Shown: positions 1 to 16,716 of the stretch, piece after piece | Layout of the letters: every line of letters starts with the position of its first letter | Numbering within the stretch: position 1 is the stretch's first letter | From: the human T2T-CHM13v2.0 reference genome, Homo sapiens | Direction: 5' to 3' (one strand) | NCBI RefSeq assembly: GCF_009914755.1 | Contig: NC_060926.1 | DNA length: 64,000 bases | Position numbers and translations under genes: made by a program | Notes under the pieces: model-generated | Database searches by the model: none | The model's input: only the letters and a program-made list of their open reading frames with translations | What the model was told of the DNA's origin: nothing

Positions 1-1104
1 ATATTTAGGATATTTGTAGTTTTCTTTGATTAGATATACTCTGTAAACACTTTGCCAGTAGAAATGTACTGTATAATGTGACAGTGATCTATAAAAATGC
101 ATTTTATTTCATTCAAACTTAAAACTATGCACATAATCTGGTTATCTTCTAAAACAGGTGATATGCTTCTTTAGATTAAGATTTGTCTTCTTGTGCTTTC
201 GGGAAGGGTTTGAACAATGAGTGATATGTGATTGAATTTATGGTGAAGAGGCAGAAATGCTCTTAAATATTATAAATTCCGTAGATTCATAGTACAACAT
301 TCTCTTCAGCTGTGCCAAAATTATCCCTGTAGAATGTTTTTATCTAGTAATAGCAGCGATGAGTAGTTGATCTCATGGCAATGTGATACCGCCCCTCATG
401 GACACCTGCTAAATCACCAGTATCTGTTTTATCTGAAGTCATAGCTTGTGGTGACAATGTTTAAATGCTCATTAAGCACATTAAACATAGCTAAGTTCAA
501 AGTGAAATTTAGCTGGCCAAAAACTTATTACTCGAGTCTTGTAATATGTTTTGTACAAGTCTTTTTCAACTTGTACAACTATCACTGGGTGTTTATGAAA
601 AAGTCCAAACAAGTTTTCACTATAGAATGTTTGTGTCTTTGTACCCATCAGACCTATTTGGTGTTTGGCAAACAAAGCAAGCAATCATGATTTTTCTGAC
701 TTAAAAAAATGCATGATTGAGTGATTTCTTGCTACAAGAATTTAGTGCTTCACTGTGTTACAACCGAACAAAAAGTGAACACTACAGTTGTCCTTGTTAA
801 TAAACCATACTATTAAGCATATTAATTTTTGCTAAAAGCGTGGTTAAACAAATAATAATACAAGTACATAATTAATGAAAATTATTTTCAGGTTGTTACT
901 GATATTTAAAAAATAAAAACGTTGTAATTTTAAACAACTTACCAAAGGACAGAAATCTAAATACTAAGTTTGGTATAATGAGTCTTTTAATTTCATCTTT
1001 GTACACCACTATTTTAATGTACTGACATATTTTGTGTGTTGTAATCGCCTTGGTCAGCACAATTTTTAGATAAAGGAAGTGAAATAAATCGAGTTTCTTA
1101 TTAG

Positions 1105-1453
<349 letters not shown>

Positions 1454-2044
1454 CAAAAACAATCATTGTATTTCTAACTGAATCTTTATATTACACAAAG
1501 TCTGAAGTTCCCTAAACTTGGAACTTGGGAATATCAGTGTGGATATACATTTATTACATAATTATCATTTATTTTCATAAATGTAAATACCTTTATATAA
1601 ATCAATGAAAATTTAATATTACATTTCATTTTCTGTCATTATTTCTTTTCATCTTTAATTAACAAAAGTTTCTCAGCCTTTAGTTAATTGCTTTGTTAAT
1701 GATTTTTCAAACAGAATTAGAAGACTTTAATATTTAAAGGAATATTTCCATATTATGAAAAATAATACTTTAAAGAATGTTTCATTTGTAGTTCTTCACA
1801 ATTTGGAGAAGTTGGAGAATGTTCAGTGAAATAGCATATAATTATGCATTTTAATTAAAGTAGCCAATGCTGTGACTTAAAAAATGGAATATTATGCTTC
1901 AGACTTTACTTTTCACCGTAAATAAAACAACCACAGAAATGCCAGACAGAACAGGAACATTATGGTACCTGCAGTACACTCGGGTTACATACACACACCA
2001 AAAGAGAGAATGTGAAAATCTAGGGAGAGGGATGGAAGCTATTT

Positions 2045-2092
2045 GTGTGTGTATGTGCGCGTGCATGTGTGTGTGCGTGTGCACGCAGGTGC
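2045..2092. repeat. Imperfect (TG)n microsatellite
   Basis: tgtgtgtgtatgtgcgcgtgcatgtgtgtgtgcgtgtgca. Confidence 0.8.
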
Positions 2093-2440
2093 ACTCGTAG
2101 AGTTACAAGTAAAGACTAGAGGGGCTTTCCTCTGCATGGTTAATATTTACATATGTGCTAATTCTGCCATTGATTAGGTCAGTACTATTGTTACCATGGT
2201 TTTTCCTTTTTTGACACTTCTGTCATTGTTTCATTTACGGTGAAAACAAAAGGCTGAGAATGGGGGCCATGAGGAAACGGAGGTCTGAGTAGTGAGAGCA
2301 GTAGGCTGTTTGAGGATGGATTTGGGGAGAAAACCTGTAGTCTCTAGAGGAAAATCCCTCAAAAGCCTTACCATTAGGATGCAGAAATTAGGACGCATAG
2401 AGTGAAAACTGCTGACAGAGTATGCTCTTGAAACATCTTG

Positions 2441-2765
<325 letters not shown>

Positions 2766-3937
2766 CTAGAATAGAAGAGAGAACCCTTCCAAGATGTATA
2801 ATAAACATAAAGAACAAGAATTTCAGACCTCTATCGACACACAGCTGAAAAGAAAGCAATAGTGGTTTGTTTCTCTTCTGCAAAAGCAGGTGGATAATTA
2901 ACGTCTTCCCTTGTCTATAGAAAGAAATGTTTTTGACAGTTGAGAAATTGTTTTTTCCATAATTTAAGTCCTACCCACTGAGTTCTTCCTCACTGGGGGT
3001 TGACACGTAGTAGGCCTGGGGAGTGGATGGAGATACCAACTTTATGGTTACCATATGAGTCCCAGGTGCCATCGTCTGTAAGTACCACAAAGTCAGAGTT
3101 AGTTTAATCCAGCAAAAAAAGTCTATTTTCATAGACAAATTCTCAATATTAAACCTGAGCTATACTTGATGTATTAAATTAGTTTGATGAGAATTTTTTT
3201 CTGTAATTAAAAAGAAACATAACAAGAACACAGTTTACATGGGAAACTGTCTCATATATAAGTGAATAAGTAAGAATTGTAAAAGTCTTTGCTATTATGT
3301 AATTTAAATTAAGTTAGTGCATATTAAATTCTTTTGAAGATGGTACTTGTGGTCATTCATCCTTTTCATTTTTATTTATTTTTACATGAAACCTAGCTAA
3401 TATAATTATTTTTACAAAGCTTTACTTTCTTCAGTGTTTTCTTATTCATTAAGAAGAAAGCATTATCTTCACATTACAATTTATTTTTGGGATAAAAATT
3501 TGTCTAGTTCAAGTTTAAAATAAAGAAAAATAAGAAACAAAATATTGTTATGTATTGCTGCTGTTTTTATTTACTTCTTTCTTTGTCAGTAAAATCCTCC
3601 CAGTAAGCCATTGCATTACCACAAGTTTTTCAATTACTTACCCTCACTGATGTCACTAATTATGATGCATTAACCATGAGAATGTTAATGCAGAAAAATA
3701 AAAACAACAACCAGAAAAATCAAAACAACAAATACTAAGTATAAGAATATTGCGAATTAAAAGATGCAGAATATTTCCACTGAGATTATGCAAATAGAAA
3801 GAGAAAAAATGAGTTGATGCAGCTATGTATGTCTCTGATAGTTAATGTTACTGATTATAGTTCTTAAATTGTTGTTTTTTTAGTTTGCTCAATGCTATAT
3901 ATTTTCTTGTTTTACTTGAATTGTGGAAACATTTGTG

Positions 3938-4305
3938 TCACAGAAGAACAAATTAATCCCAATGTAAGCAGTAGAAAGTGAATAATAAAATTAAAATGAA
4001 TCAATGGAATAAAAAACAGAAATGATAGAGACATCAGTGAAATGAAAAGCTGGTTCTTTGAGAAGATTTATAAAGTTGGTAGATATCCAGCCAGACTGAT
4101 CAGAAAGAAAGAAGTTTCAAATTCAATAACAAAAATGAGTGATGGTTCATTGCTACAAATTTTCCAAATGTTTAAAAGATAATCAGAAAGTATTAAGAAC
4201 AATTTTATGGTCAATAAACACACTTTGATGAAATGAACAAATTCCTTGAAAGACACAAACTACCAAAGCTTACTCAAGAAGAAATCGATGAGCTAAAGAG
4301 CCCCT
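3938..4305 (+). mobile_element. Old L1 (L1M) ORF2 fragment
   Basis: 'AAAAGCTGGTTCTTTGAGAAGAT' (SWFFEK) and 'GATGAAATGAACAAATTCCTTGAAAGACACAAACTACCAAAGCT' are typical L1 ORF2 linker sequence. Confidence 0.8.
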
Positions 4306-4319
4306 AAGAAATTGGTTAG

Positions 4320-5150
4320 GTTGAGCATCTCATTTTATTTCTTTTTTATGAATGGTCATTTCATATCTTTTGCCTATTTCTCTATTAGACTCTCAGTACT
4401 TTTTTATTTGTTGGGTTTTTTAAATTTTATATATTGATCCCTTGTCAGTTTTAGACGTTGCAAGGAACTTCTCTATTTTTTATTGGTTAATTTCAACTAT
4501 GGTGTCCTTTATTGAATGGAAATGTTTATTTTTAATGTACCCAATTTTCCTCTTGTGGATTTTAATTTTTGAATTTTATTTAGATCTTTCCCCATTCCTA
4601 GGTAAAGAGATACTCTAGTACATCGTAATTTATTTTCTTTATTGTTTTTCTATTCAGATATACATATTTAATTCTTCTGCATCCCAATTTATTTGAGATT
4701 TAATGTAGCAATCCTGTTCATATTGGTAATTTTCCGAGATCTCTATCCTGTTCCACTGGTCACTTTGTTCTTGACCAAACAGCTTTATTATGGTAGCTTG
4801 TAAGTATATTTTCATGTTGGTATAATGAGCCTCCCCACTTTCTTTGGTCTTTTTAAAATCAAAATTGACATAAACTCTTCATGCACTTTTATTCTACCAG
4901 ATACACCTTGATTAATCATATTGACTTCCTAAAAAACACTGTATTTGGAATTTTCACTGGAATTGTGTTGAATTTATAAGTTAATTTTGGGATAATTGGA
5001 ATAATTACATTGCTAAATGGTTTTATTGATGCATATGGTAAAATTTTGTTGATCTCTTTCAAGCCTTTTAATAGAAGCTTTGCGTATTTCTCAATGAAAG
5101 TCTTGTGCATGCTTTGTTTAATTTCTTTGAGTAGCTTCCCATATTTTTCT
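4320..5150 (-). mobile_element. Degraded old L1 (L1M) fragments
   Basis: The minus-strand ORF 4916-5110 translation 'IPKLTYKFNTIPVKIP' resembles ORF2 '[17 protein letters not shown]'. Confidence 0.65.
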
Positions 5151-5454
5151 TGTCTTCTCTTTCAGGAATGCATGCTAGTCAAATGTTGGACCTATTGTAC
5201 TGGCTTTCTGATTTTTTTTTTATCACTTTCTCTCCTAGTTAGTCCATCCTTTTTTCTTCTATATGGTCCCACTCTCTGAATAACTTCTTTGACTTTATCT
5301 TGGAAATATTAAATTGGCATTTTAATTTTAAGTAACATATATAATTTTCAAAAACTGTTATTCCTGCATAATCTTTCTTCATAATATTCCTGCTTATATT
5401 CTGTGAGTACAATACCTTCTTTTATTTGTAATAGACTATTAATCATGGAATTTT

Positions 5455-6722
5455 AAAAATATACTTTAATTTTAAGAGCAGTTTTAGGTTCATGGCAAAA
5501 CTGAGCAGAAGGTACAGAGATTTTTCATATATCCCATACCCCCACACGTACATAGCCTCCTTCTTATCAACATCCTCAACCAGAGAGGTATATTCGTTTT
5601 AATTTATAAACCTACATGAATACATCATTATCACCAAAAGTCGTAGTTTACATTAGGGTTCATTCTCAGTGTCATATATTCTATGGGTTTGGACAAATTC
5701 ATAATGACATGTATCCACCATTATAGTATCAAACAGGGTACTTTCACTGCATTAAAATTCTTCTGTGCTCTACCTATTCATATCGCTCCCCCCTCGTACC
5801 CCTGGCAAACACTGATTTTCTTCACTGTCTCCATACTTTTGTTTTTTCTAACATGTCATGTAGCTGGAATCATATAGTTTGTAGCCTTTTCAGACTGGCT
5901 TATTTCACTTGGTAAAATACATTGAAGTTTTCTCCGTTTCTTTTTGAGACTTGATAGCTCATTTGTTTTTAATGTTGAATGATATTCCATTGTCTAGCTG
6001 TACCACAGTTCATTCATTCACCCACTCAAGGACAGCTTGGTTGCTTCCAAGTGTTGAAAATTGTGAAGAAAGCTGCTATAAACATCCGTGTGCAGGTTTT
6101 CAGCTCCTTTGGATAAATACTAAGGAGAGAGATTGCTGGATTGTATGGTAAGAAATTACCAAACTGTCTTCCAAAGTGGCTGTACCATTTTGCATCTCAC
6201 CAGTAATGAAGTAGAGTTTCTGTTGATCCACATCCTTACCAGCATTTTGTGGTTTATGGTCATTCTAACATGTGTTTAATGGTATTCATTGTGGTTTTAA
6301 TTTGCATTTTTCTGATGACATATGATGTAGAACATCATTTCATTTGCTTATTTGCCATTTATATATCTTTGGTGAATCTGTTAAGGTCTTTGGCCCATTT
6401 TAAAATCAAGTTGTTTATTTTCTTATTGTTGAGTTGTTGTAAATGCCTTTTGTTTATTTTAGATAATACTCCTTTATCAGTTGTGTGTTTTGTAAATATT
6501 TTCTCCCAGTCTGTGGCTTCTGTTTTTATTCTCTTGACAGTGTCTTTCATAGAGCAGAAAATTTAATTTTAAGGAAATCCAGCTTATCAATTTATTTTGT
6601 GAACTCTGCCTTTGGTATTGTATCAAAATAGTCATCACCAAACCCTAGGTCATCTAGATTTTCTGTTATGCTATCTTCTAGGAGTTTTATAGTTTTACTT
6701 TTACATTGAAACATGTGATCAA
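5455..6722 (-). mobile_element. L1MA/L1MB 3' end fragment
   Basis: The L1MB-type 3' terminus 'AGAGCAGTTTTAGGTTCATGGCAAAACTGAGCAGAAGGTACAGAG' is present; the minus ORF 6359-6550 'ATDWEKIF...KWAKDLNR' matches the ORF2 C-terminal region. Confidence 0.88.
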
Positions 6723-8719
6723 TTATGGAATCTTTGCAGTTTTTTCTGCTTGTATCACTTCTGCTTATCTTGAGTTACTTTTTATATGTTTATCTACTTT
6801 GGTTCCTGTTTTTTTATGTGGGAGGTTTTCCTTTATTGTTTGGTGATCATTGTCTCACCATTATGTCTAAGAATGAAACACTTTACGCTTGGGAGGGGTT
6901 TGTGTGATGTGATGGCCCAAAACAAACCATCATTTTAACTGGAGAATGCCAAATGTTGATGTCCATAGGTCTTTTCTCTCTGTAGAGAATCACCTTCCAT
7001 ATACGAACTTCCAGGAATATAAGCCTGGTTTCTGGTGACCCAAAGCTGATTAGCAGAGGACTTGGGGGGAAGGTCACTACTCTTTTTTTAGAATGTCATT
7101 TTCTCTTTTTGTCTTTAGTTGGGTGCCTTACCTTTGCCTTACTTTGAAATGGGGTCCAAGTGTTGAATTTTTAAAAATAATATATCTTGCAATTTTTCTA
7201 TGAATGAGGATGTGAGACCAAGGACTCTCAGGCCTAACTGCTTCTTAAACAGACTAGTCAATTTCTCTACTTTTACTTTAATTTACATGATTTTTTTAAA
7301 TCCTCTTTTGTATCCCTCTCTGTAAACACTTAGGCTTGCTCTCTTCTGTTTTGCTAAGTCATTACCATTTCTCCATCTGTTTCCTGTTCATTATATTGCA
7401 GGGTGGAATTACAGGTGCCCCTTTTTTTTAGCAAGCATAGCATGTGTTATTACTCTCTTTGTTTTTTGTTATATCTTTACCTTGTTGTGTTTAAAGCAGA
7501 AGTTAGATATGTATTTTTTCTACAATGCATTTATTTATAGTGCTCAGATTAGTCTCTGAACACAGAAAGAATTTCATAATAGTTTCAGATTGAACATTAC
7601 AAACATGTAATAATCACAATTTAACTCAACAAATATTTTACTAAATCTCGGTAACTGTGCTAGGCAATGGGAACTCCATTCTTGTGGATAATAAACAAAT
7701 AAAAACTATATGAGAATTGGAGTTAGTGGTAAGTGCTATGAAGAAAAACATAGGAGATATGACAGAGTGGATGTATATTTTAAAGAGTTTGTTAAAGCGG
7801 CCTCCTCCTTGTTTCTTGATATTTCTTTTTAAAATATTCTTGTAACACAAGGACCAAATGAATCACTGAAAAATTCACTCAGAAATAAGAGTGAGACTTG
7901 TAACGGTTAGTAGGGGTTATAATCACCGTACAAGAAGTATATCTCTTCTCGTTGCTTTGTCTGCCTTTGGCGAATTGGAAATATAAACCTGTTTAATGAA
8001 TGTGTTCTTAAAATACCCTTTGGAAGTTTAAATTACTATTGAAAAAGCTGTATAATGCAGTTATATTCCTTTGTTTATGTAGCTAGAAGAGAGAAGGAAA
8101 AGAACCTGAGGCTAATAGAAATAGATTACATTTCACTATGGAGCATAGATTAAAATAATGTATTTTATTGTGGATCTCCCTTCAGAATTCAAACTAAATA
8201 TCATTTACTTTTTCTATTTAAGTAATAACCTCAGGGCTCTTTAAAAAATCATTATCAGAAGATAACCTAATATATCATTGATATAGTTTCTTCCTATCAT
8301 TGACAAATATCATATTAGAAATACCACCTTTTTATAGTCTTGAAATAATATAATAGAAAAGGGCTCCAAAAATGCAATTGTTCCAGTAAAAATAGTCATG
8401 GTGTATTCTTTATTTTATCGAAAGAGAAATAATATTAAATCCTTCCCTTGCATTTCTTTGAAAGTGAATACTTATTTGGTCTACTCGAATTAATAATTTA
8501 TTTTCTTTTGAATGTTTTGCAGATGTTTATATATCAGTAGTTTCATTTAAAAGAGCTCTTAAATGTCAGTACTTTTCTACTAAAATTAGTAAACATAAAC
8601 ATTTAAAGTATTCTAATATCATTTTAACCTATTTTTTAAAGAACAGTGTAATTGATTTTTAAATCATGACATTTTAAATCATGGTATACAGAAAGAGTGT
8701 GATTTTAGAGTAAAGAGTA

Positions 8720-10260
<1,541 letters not shown>

Positions 10261-13200
10261 TATTTCTTTTCTGTTTTAAAATGTTATTCTTCAAAAAGAC
10301 CTATAATATAACATTCAAATAGGAATTTTTACATTATAGATTTTAAATAATTTTCCTATGATCTATTTAAAAATTTTCTCTTATATTATTTTCTCTAAAA
10401 TATTAAATTACAGATTTTATTTGATGCATTATTAATAAAAGTTCAAATTTATGAGTTTCTAAAGGTATTTTAATAGTTAATTTTGACAGCTATCTCATCA
10501 ACATGTCTAAAATTTTATTATTTTCTCTTACTCCTATTCCTTTGTCAAGGCTCAAATCAGGAGTCACCTCTGTTTCTTACTTCTCACTCTGCAGTCCTAT
10601 TGATTCTGACTACTAAAAATATCTTAGTTTCTTCACTTCTCTCCAACAGCAACTTGGTTGTCTCTATCTTAGACAAAATTGCCATCACCACTCATTTGTG
10701 TTAGTCCAACATTCTCCATGTGGAAGCTAAACAGATCTCCTAAAGAAATGAAAGTAATCTTGCCCCATCCCTTACTACCAACTTCAAAAACTTGAAAGGC
10801 TTCTTACCTTGCAGTAGTAGTGTTTGAAGTACTCATATCTCAATATCTGCTAATATGCATTAAAAACAAAATAGAACAAAACCTCATCAGTTAAATATTT
10901 TAAAAAGGCATTTTAATTGTATGTATATGTCTGTATTTGTGTTCATTTTATTTATAGTAAGGTTAAAAAATTTGTGCTTTACTTGGATATTTGTTATTTG
11001 AGGGAGGTGACATATCTCTTCATATAATTTGTTCATATTATTTTGTCTTATTTTTTGTAATAATTTAATTAAAAATTTTAAACCTTATTATGCCACTTAG
11101 GGTCTGAATATTTTTATAGTTGTATTTGACAAAAAGATGCTTTTAAGTTTTTACATTTATTCACATCTATCAATACCTTTATGAGTTTGGGTGTGTATGT
11201 GGGTGTGTTCACTGGCAAATATTTACTTATTTTATTCTAACACCATATTTATGTTACTTCCTTACTTTTACAATTTTATCTGTAATTTGTTTTTATATAA
11301 TTTGAATTAGGAATATCACAGACTTTTTTTTTTCAGAATTAATCAGCATCATTTATTGAACAATGCTACTTTTCCACCAATTTTTAAATTCTATGGTTAT
11401 TTATATTCAAAGTCCTAGTCTTCTTTCTATTATAGTCTGACCATCTGACACTATTTTAACACTATTCAAATTATGCGCTTTTAATGTATATTTAAATATT
11501 TCTCCTTATCTTAGGATTTTCATCTTCAAGAAAATCTTTAGCAATTCATTTGGTTCCTTGGGAAAACATGCTGCTGGTACTTTTATTTGGAGTGCATTTT
11601 ATTTACAATATTCTTTTAGAGAATTTATGTCTTTTCAATATTGATCAATCTCATGGAAGAATATGTCATGGCATTCCACTTACTCAAGTATACTTTTTTA
11701 TCTCTCAAGAAATTCTTGCCATTTTCATCATATCAGATCTACAAAATTCCTTTAAACTTATATGTAGTTATTATGCATTATATTCACTGTTACAAATATT
11801 ATGTTCCAACTTTTATATTCCTTATTTCACTTAACTGTCTAAATTTATTGGCTATGGGGAATAAAAAATAGTAAAGCTAAAAATGATCACCTTTATATCA
11901 TTGCTGACTTTAATGGGAATGTACCTATAGTTAAAATAATAAGTATGATATTACCTGTGAATTTGGAACAGCCATTTTTAATCATGATTATGAATTATAC
12001 TTTTATGCATATTTTAAATTTTCTTTTTAAATCAAAGTTTTTTTTACTTTTAGCATTTTAAATATATCTAATAAATACTTTTTATGTATTACTATAATTG
12101 AGAGATAGCTCATGAAATCAAGATATTTTAGAAAAATTCAGAATTTTCCTAACCGTAATAGTCAGAGATTTGGAAAGCCCAACTCTTAATTTTATTTTTC
12201 TTTGCTTATTCCTTCTTTTCTTCTATTGCAGACAGTTTTCTTCATGTTCCAAAAATTAAGCTACTGAAAGCTTTGGTCGTTTGAGAGACTCCTCTGAAGC
12301 TCCTTCTGGCTCCAAGTCCAGAAATCATTCAGAAGGCTTTTCTCCCAACTTTTGGACCAAGTAGTCTGGACCAAGATAAATGTGTTTCATTGCACAATAT
12401 GGCTTATCTTGTAGTGATATGTGATTTTTCACTGGCATTAGGGGGCATTTCCCAAGAAAAGTACTGGCAGGTGGTCTTCATTTCAAGAACTCTGCAGTAT
12501 TTTACTTGTTGAGTGCTATTTGCATTTATAGTGTAAATGAGATTAGTCAATGGGATTTTTAAAATTTACTATCAGTATTATTTTTAGGTTTTGGTATCAG
12601 AGTATCAGAAATGTTCTGGCCTGATAAAATGAAGTTGGGACACTTCTGTCATCTCATAATTCTGTCAAAATCTGTGCAGGTTTCTATTCAGATCTTTAGA
12701 TACTTAGAAGTGGGCAAAGTTTCTATTTCCTATAGTGTTATTCTGTTAAGTTGGGTTTCAGATAGCCATAGGAATAGAGAGAGTTCCTTAGAAGGCATCT
12801 GAGTTGAAGGGACACTCACTTTTTGCTGACCACTTTCTTTTCTGTGGTTGTAAAAGCAGTCTGAATTTTTCAACAGTGACGTCCCCACTCCACTTCTATA
12901 TTTGACCTGAATACCATTTTGAAGAACTAGCTGAAATAATGCCAGAACCTTGCCTATCATGTCAAATCTGTCAGGTAATAGATGAAGATGAATACAGTTT
13001 TTAGAGTCTCCCTTGACTATGCCCAGTAGCAATTCCCAAGATCTTTATAGGCTTGGGAATTCTATGCCATATTTTGCACTTGTCTAAATCTGCCTCCATT
13101 CATGCTACTCCAAGTTTGGGCATACTCCCTTCACCTTTATTTGGTCTTCATATCAGTTGTTTGTAAGAAATAGGAAGTAGGAAATAAGGAAGGTGTGCAG

Positions 13201-13734
13201 AGATATTTGGTCCTATCAGAAGCTTATTTTTCCTTTGTCTCCTCCTTATTTTTTGTTTTAGGTCAAAGCTAGTTTAGCCATTCTTATCTGCCTTTCTTGA
13301 ATTTGCTCCCTGCTTTAGTATACAGACACTCTGCGCCCCATAAATCATGGAAATGAGCATTAATTTTACATTTTGAATTGTGGACTCTGCAGGTTTCTAA
13401 AATTGCTTGATTTCCCTACCCTCCACCAACCAACAACAAATATCTACTTTCTTCCCGAGCCCTGCTTCTTCATGCTATGGACATTTCTGCAGAAACTGCT
13501 AGAATTCTATCACTAACCTTCCTGGTGGGGCTCTCCTTAGCATATGCTCTGGTTTTACATGATTCTTTATTTTCTCAACTCTAGTTTTATATGATTCTTC
13601 ATTTTCTCAACTCAACTGTTTCTGTGTTGAAATATTTATATATTGATAAGCTGTGTTTTCCAGAGCTGATATAATTTATTCATTTCAAAAACATATTCTC
13701 AAACAGTGATATCATCAAGATAGTGGAGTAGGAT

Positions 13735-14285
13735 TGTGATGTTTAATATTGAGTGTCAACTTGATTGGAGGATGCAAAGTATTATTCCTGGGTGTGTCTG
13801 TGAGGGTGTTGTCAAAGAAGATTAACATTTGAGTCAGTGGACTAGGAGAGGCAGACCCACCCTCAATCTGGGTGGGCACCATTTAATCAGCTGCTAGCGT
13901 GGCTAGGATGAAAGCAGGCAGAGGAACGTGGAAGGACTAGACTGGCTAAGTCTTCTGGCCTCCATCTTTCTCCCATGCTGGATGCTTCTTGCCCTCAAAT
14001 GTCAAACATCAAATTCTTTGGCTTTTGGACTCTTGGACCTACACCAGTGGTTTGCCAGGGGCTCTCAGGCCTTCAGCCACAGACTGAAGGCTGCACTGTC
14101 AGCTTCCCTGCTTTTGAGGTTTTGGGACTTGGACTGGCTTCCTTGCTCCTCAGCTTGAAGACAGCCTATTGTGGGACTTCACCTTCACCTTGTGATCGTG
14201 TGAGTCAATACACCTTAATAAACTCCCCTTCATATATACATCTATGCTATTAGTCCTGTCCCTCCAGAGAACCTTGACTAATACA
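13735..14285 (+). mobile_element. MLT2A (ERVL) solo LTR
   Basis: TGTGATG..TAATATTGAGTGTCAACTTGATTGG start and ...GAGAACCTTGACTAATACA end; AATAAA at ~14217; 5-bp TSD aggat/aggag. Confidence 0.92.
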
Positions 14286-16343
14286 AGGAGACACTAGCCT
14301 TCATCTGTCCATACACAAAAAATATGGACAACTATTTACAAACCAAAATACCCCAGAAGCAGCCCACAGTCACATTAAAGAATCTGCAGCAACCCAGTGG
14401 AGCAAAAATATGGAGAATATCCACATAGAATCACTGGTAAGAACAGCATACCCAAGTACCTGAGATGCCAGAAGAAAGCTAGGAGTAAAGAAGAATGGTA
14501 TAGGCTATCAGCATGGTTCATTGACAGGAACCGCTGTGGTTACCAGTATCCTGGTCCACAGAGAACACAGGCATCTCTTGCCACTGAGGTAACCAATAGC
14601 CTCAACCACTTTAACAATCCTCTGTTAAAAGAGGGGCTGCACGCTCCTCCCCTTCAAGAAGTGGCCACTGTTGAAAGTAGAGGTGCTCCTTTCTCAAAAT
14701 GTATACCCATCTCTTCCAACCCTGAGTATATGCACTGACCCTGGAACTGTGGCTACTTCACGAGTGACCATACCCCAGACCTGGGCTCTGTGACTACAAT
14801 AGGCGTGATCATGTTTCATATACCACAGCCATTGCCATAGTGAGCTAGATTGTATTGCAAGACCCAGAGCCAAGTCCTCTCTGTGGATGCCCATCCTCTA
14901 GACACAAGCTCAGCTACTCTATAAAGAGCTAGGTTCTGCTCTAACCTCAGGGCCATTTTAACTCTGCATACACCTGTGCACTCCTGCAGACTCCTCTGCT
15001 GCTTTACAAACACCCTTTCTTTGAATACTGTTACAGACTTGGCAGTGGGGGAGTCAGTGCCCCAGGTACCAGTTCTATTATCACCCTGGGTTCCAGAGCC
15101 ATAGCCCCTTCATGTTTGCCCATGCTTCAGGCCTAACCTCACCTCTCTGGCCTCTCCATCAGATACCAGTACCACCACCACTACAAATGAGTACACAAGA
15201 CAGATACAGTTCCAGGACAGATTCCCCTTAGTAACAACTTCTCTGGTATGAGAAAAGGAGGTCATGAGGACATTAAAAAGTATCACCATCAAAGACTCTA
15301 ACAACACTTGCTGCCACTGTGGACATATACAGTGTTGGTTGCTGAGGATCCCCTGAAATCTTCATCAACACTGACCTCAGTTACCACAGCAGCACAGAGA
15401 CTACATTTCTGGCATTCTCACTGGTACCAGAAAAGCTGCACTTTATCCAGTAAGTTCCCTTGCAACAACCCTAGACAAAGGTCTTTCCACATGGAAACTA
15501 ACTTATAAAGTCTGCAAGAGGTCCAACAAATGTGCAGACATCAATGTAAAAGCAACAAGAAACATAGAAAGCCAATAAGATTTAGCATTATGAAAAGAAC
15601 ACCATGATCACCCAGTAGCTAATCCCTCTAAAAATGGAGATACGAGAACAGCATGACAAAGAATTCAAAATAATTGTTTTATGGAAGTTCGGTGAACTTC
15701 AATAAAATACAGATAAATAATTCAATTAAATAAGAAAAATAATAAGCAACAAAAATGATAGAGAAATCAAAATTATAAAAAATAACAAACAAAACTTCTA
15801 GAGCTGAAAAAATACGATGCAATGGAAAGTGTCAAAGCAGAATTAGTCAAGCAGAAAAAAAAATCTGTGAATTTGAAGACAGGCTATTTTAAAACACAAA
15901 GGAGAACAAAGAAAAAAAGAATAAAAATTAATGAAGAAAGCTTATGGGCTTTATTGGATAGCATCAAATACAAATATTCAAGTTATAAGAGTTTAAGAAG
16001 GTGAGGAAAGAGACCAGAGGTAGAAAGCTCATCTAAAGAAATGATAGCACAAAACTTTCCAAACCCGAGAAAGATAAAAATTATTCAGGTACAAGAAGGT
16101 CCAAAATCTGTAGTCAGATTAAATCCAAAAAAGACTACACCAAGACATAATCAAATTATCAAAAAACAAATAAAAAGAGGGGACCCCAAAAGCACCAAGA
16201 GAAAAGAAGCAAATAAGGTAGTTCCAATAAGACTAGCAGTGCACTTCTCAGCAGAAACCTTATAGTCCATGACTAAATGGTATGATATATTCAAAATGCT
16301 GAAGGGAAAAACAACCTGCCAACCAAAAATAAGTTTTATCCAG

Positions 16344-16716
16344 TGATATGGTTGGGCTTTGTGTTCCCACTCAAATCTTAAATTGTAATCCCTATAATCC
16401 TCACACATCAAGGGCAGGAGTAGGTGGAGGTAATTGGATCATGGGGGCAGCTTCCGACACACTGTTCTCATGATAGTAAGTGAGTCTCACAAGGTGTCAT
16501 GGTTGTATAAGTGTCTGGCATTTCCCCTGCTTGCACTCAGTCCATCCTGCCACCCTGTAAAGAAGGTGCCTACTTCTCCTTTGCCTTCCACCATGATTGA
16601 AAGTTTCCTGAAACTTCCTCAGCTATGAAGAACTGTGAGTCAATTAAACCTCTTCCCTTTATAAATTACCCAGTCTCAGGTATTTCTTCATATCAGTGTA
16701 AGAACAGACAAATACA
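16344..16716 (+). mobile_element. THE1/MST-type (MaLR) solo LTR
   Basis: TGATATGGTTGGGCTTTGTGTTCCCACTCAAATCT...TATAAATTACCCAGTCTCAGGTATTTCTT...AATACA; perfect 5-bp TSD tccag. Confidence 0.92.

Noticed and set aside
1-1100. Unique AT-rich sequence with short ORFs (448-690, 481-684)
   Set aside because: No recognisable product or convincing splice structure; the host gene, if any, cannot be identified from the sequence.
12730-13032. 100-aa minus-strand ORF with a donor-like AAA|GTGAGT at 12820/12819
   Set aside because: No recognisable protein similarity, non-ATG start and no partner exons; at most a cryptic or lncRNA exon.
13553-13612. ~32-bp tandem duplication (similar small ones at ~37866 and ~61282)
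   Set aside because: Ordinary slippage duplications with no further structure.
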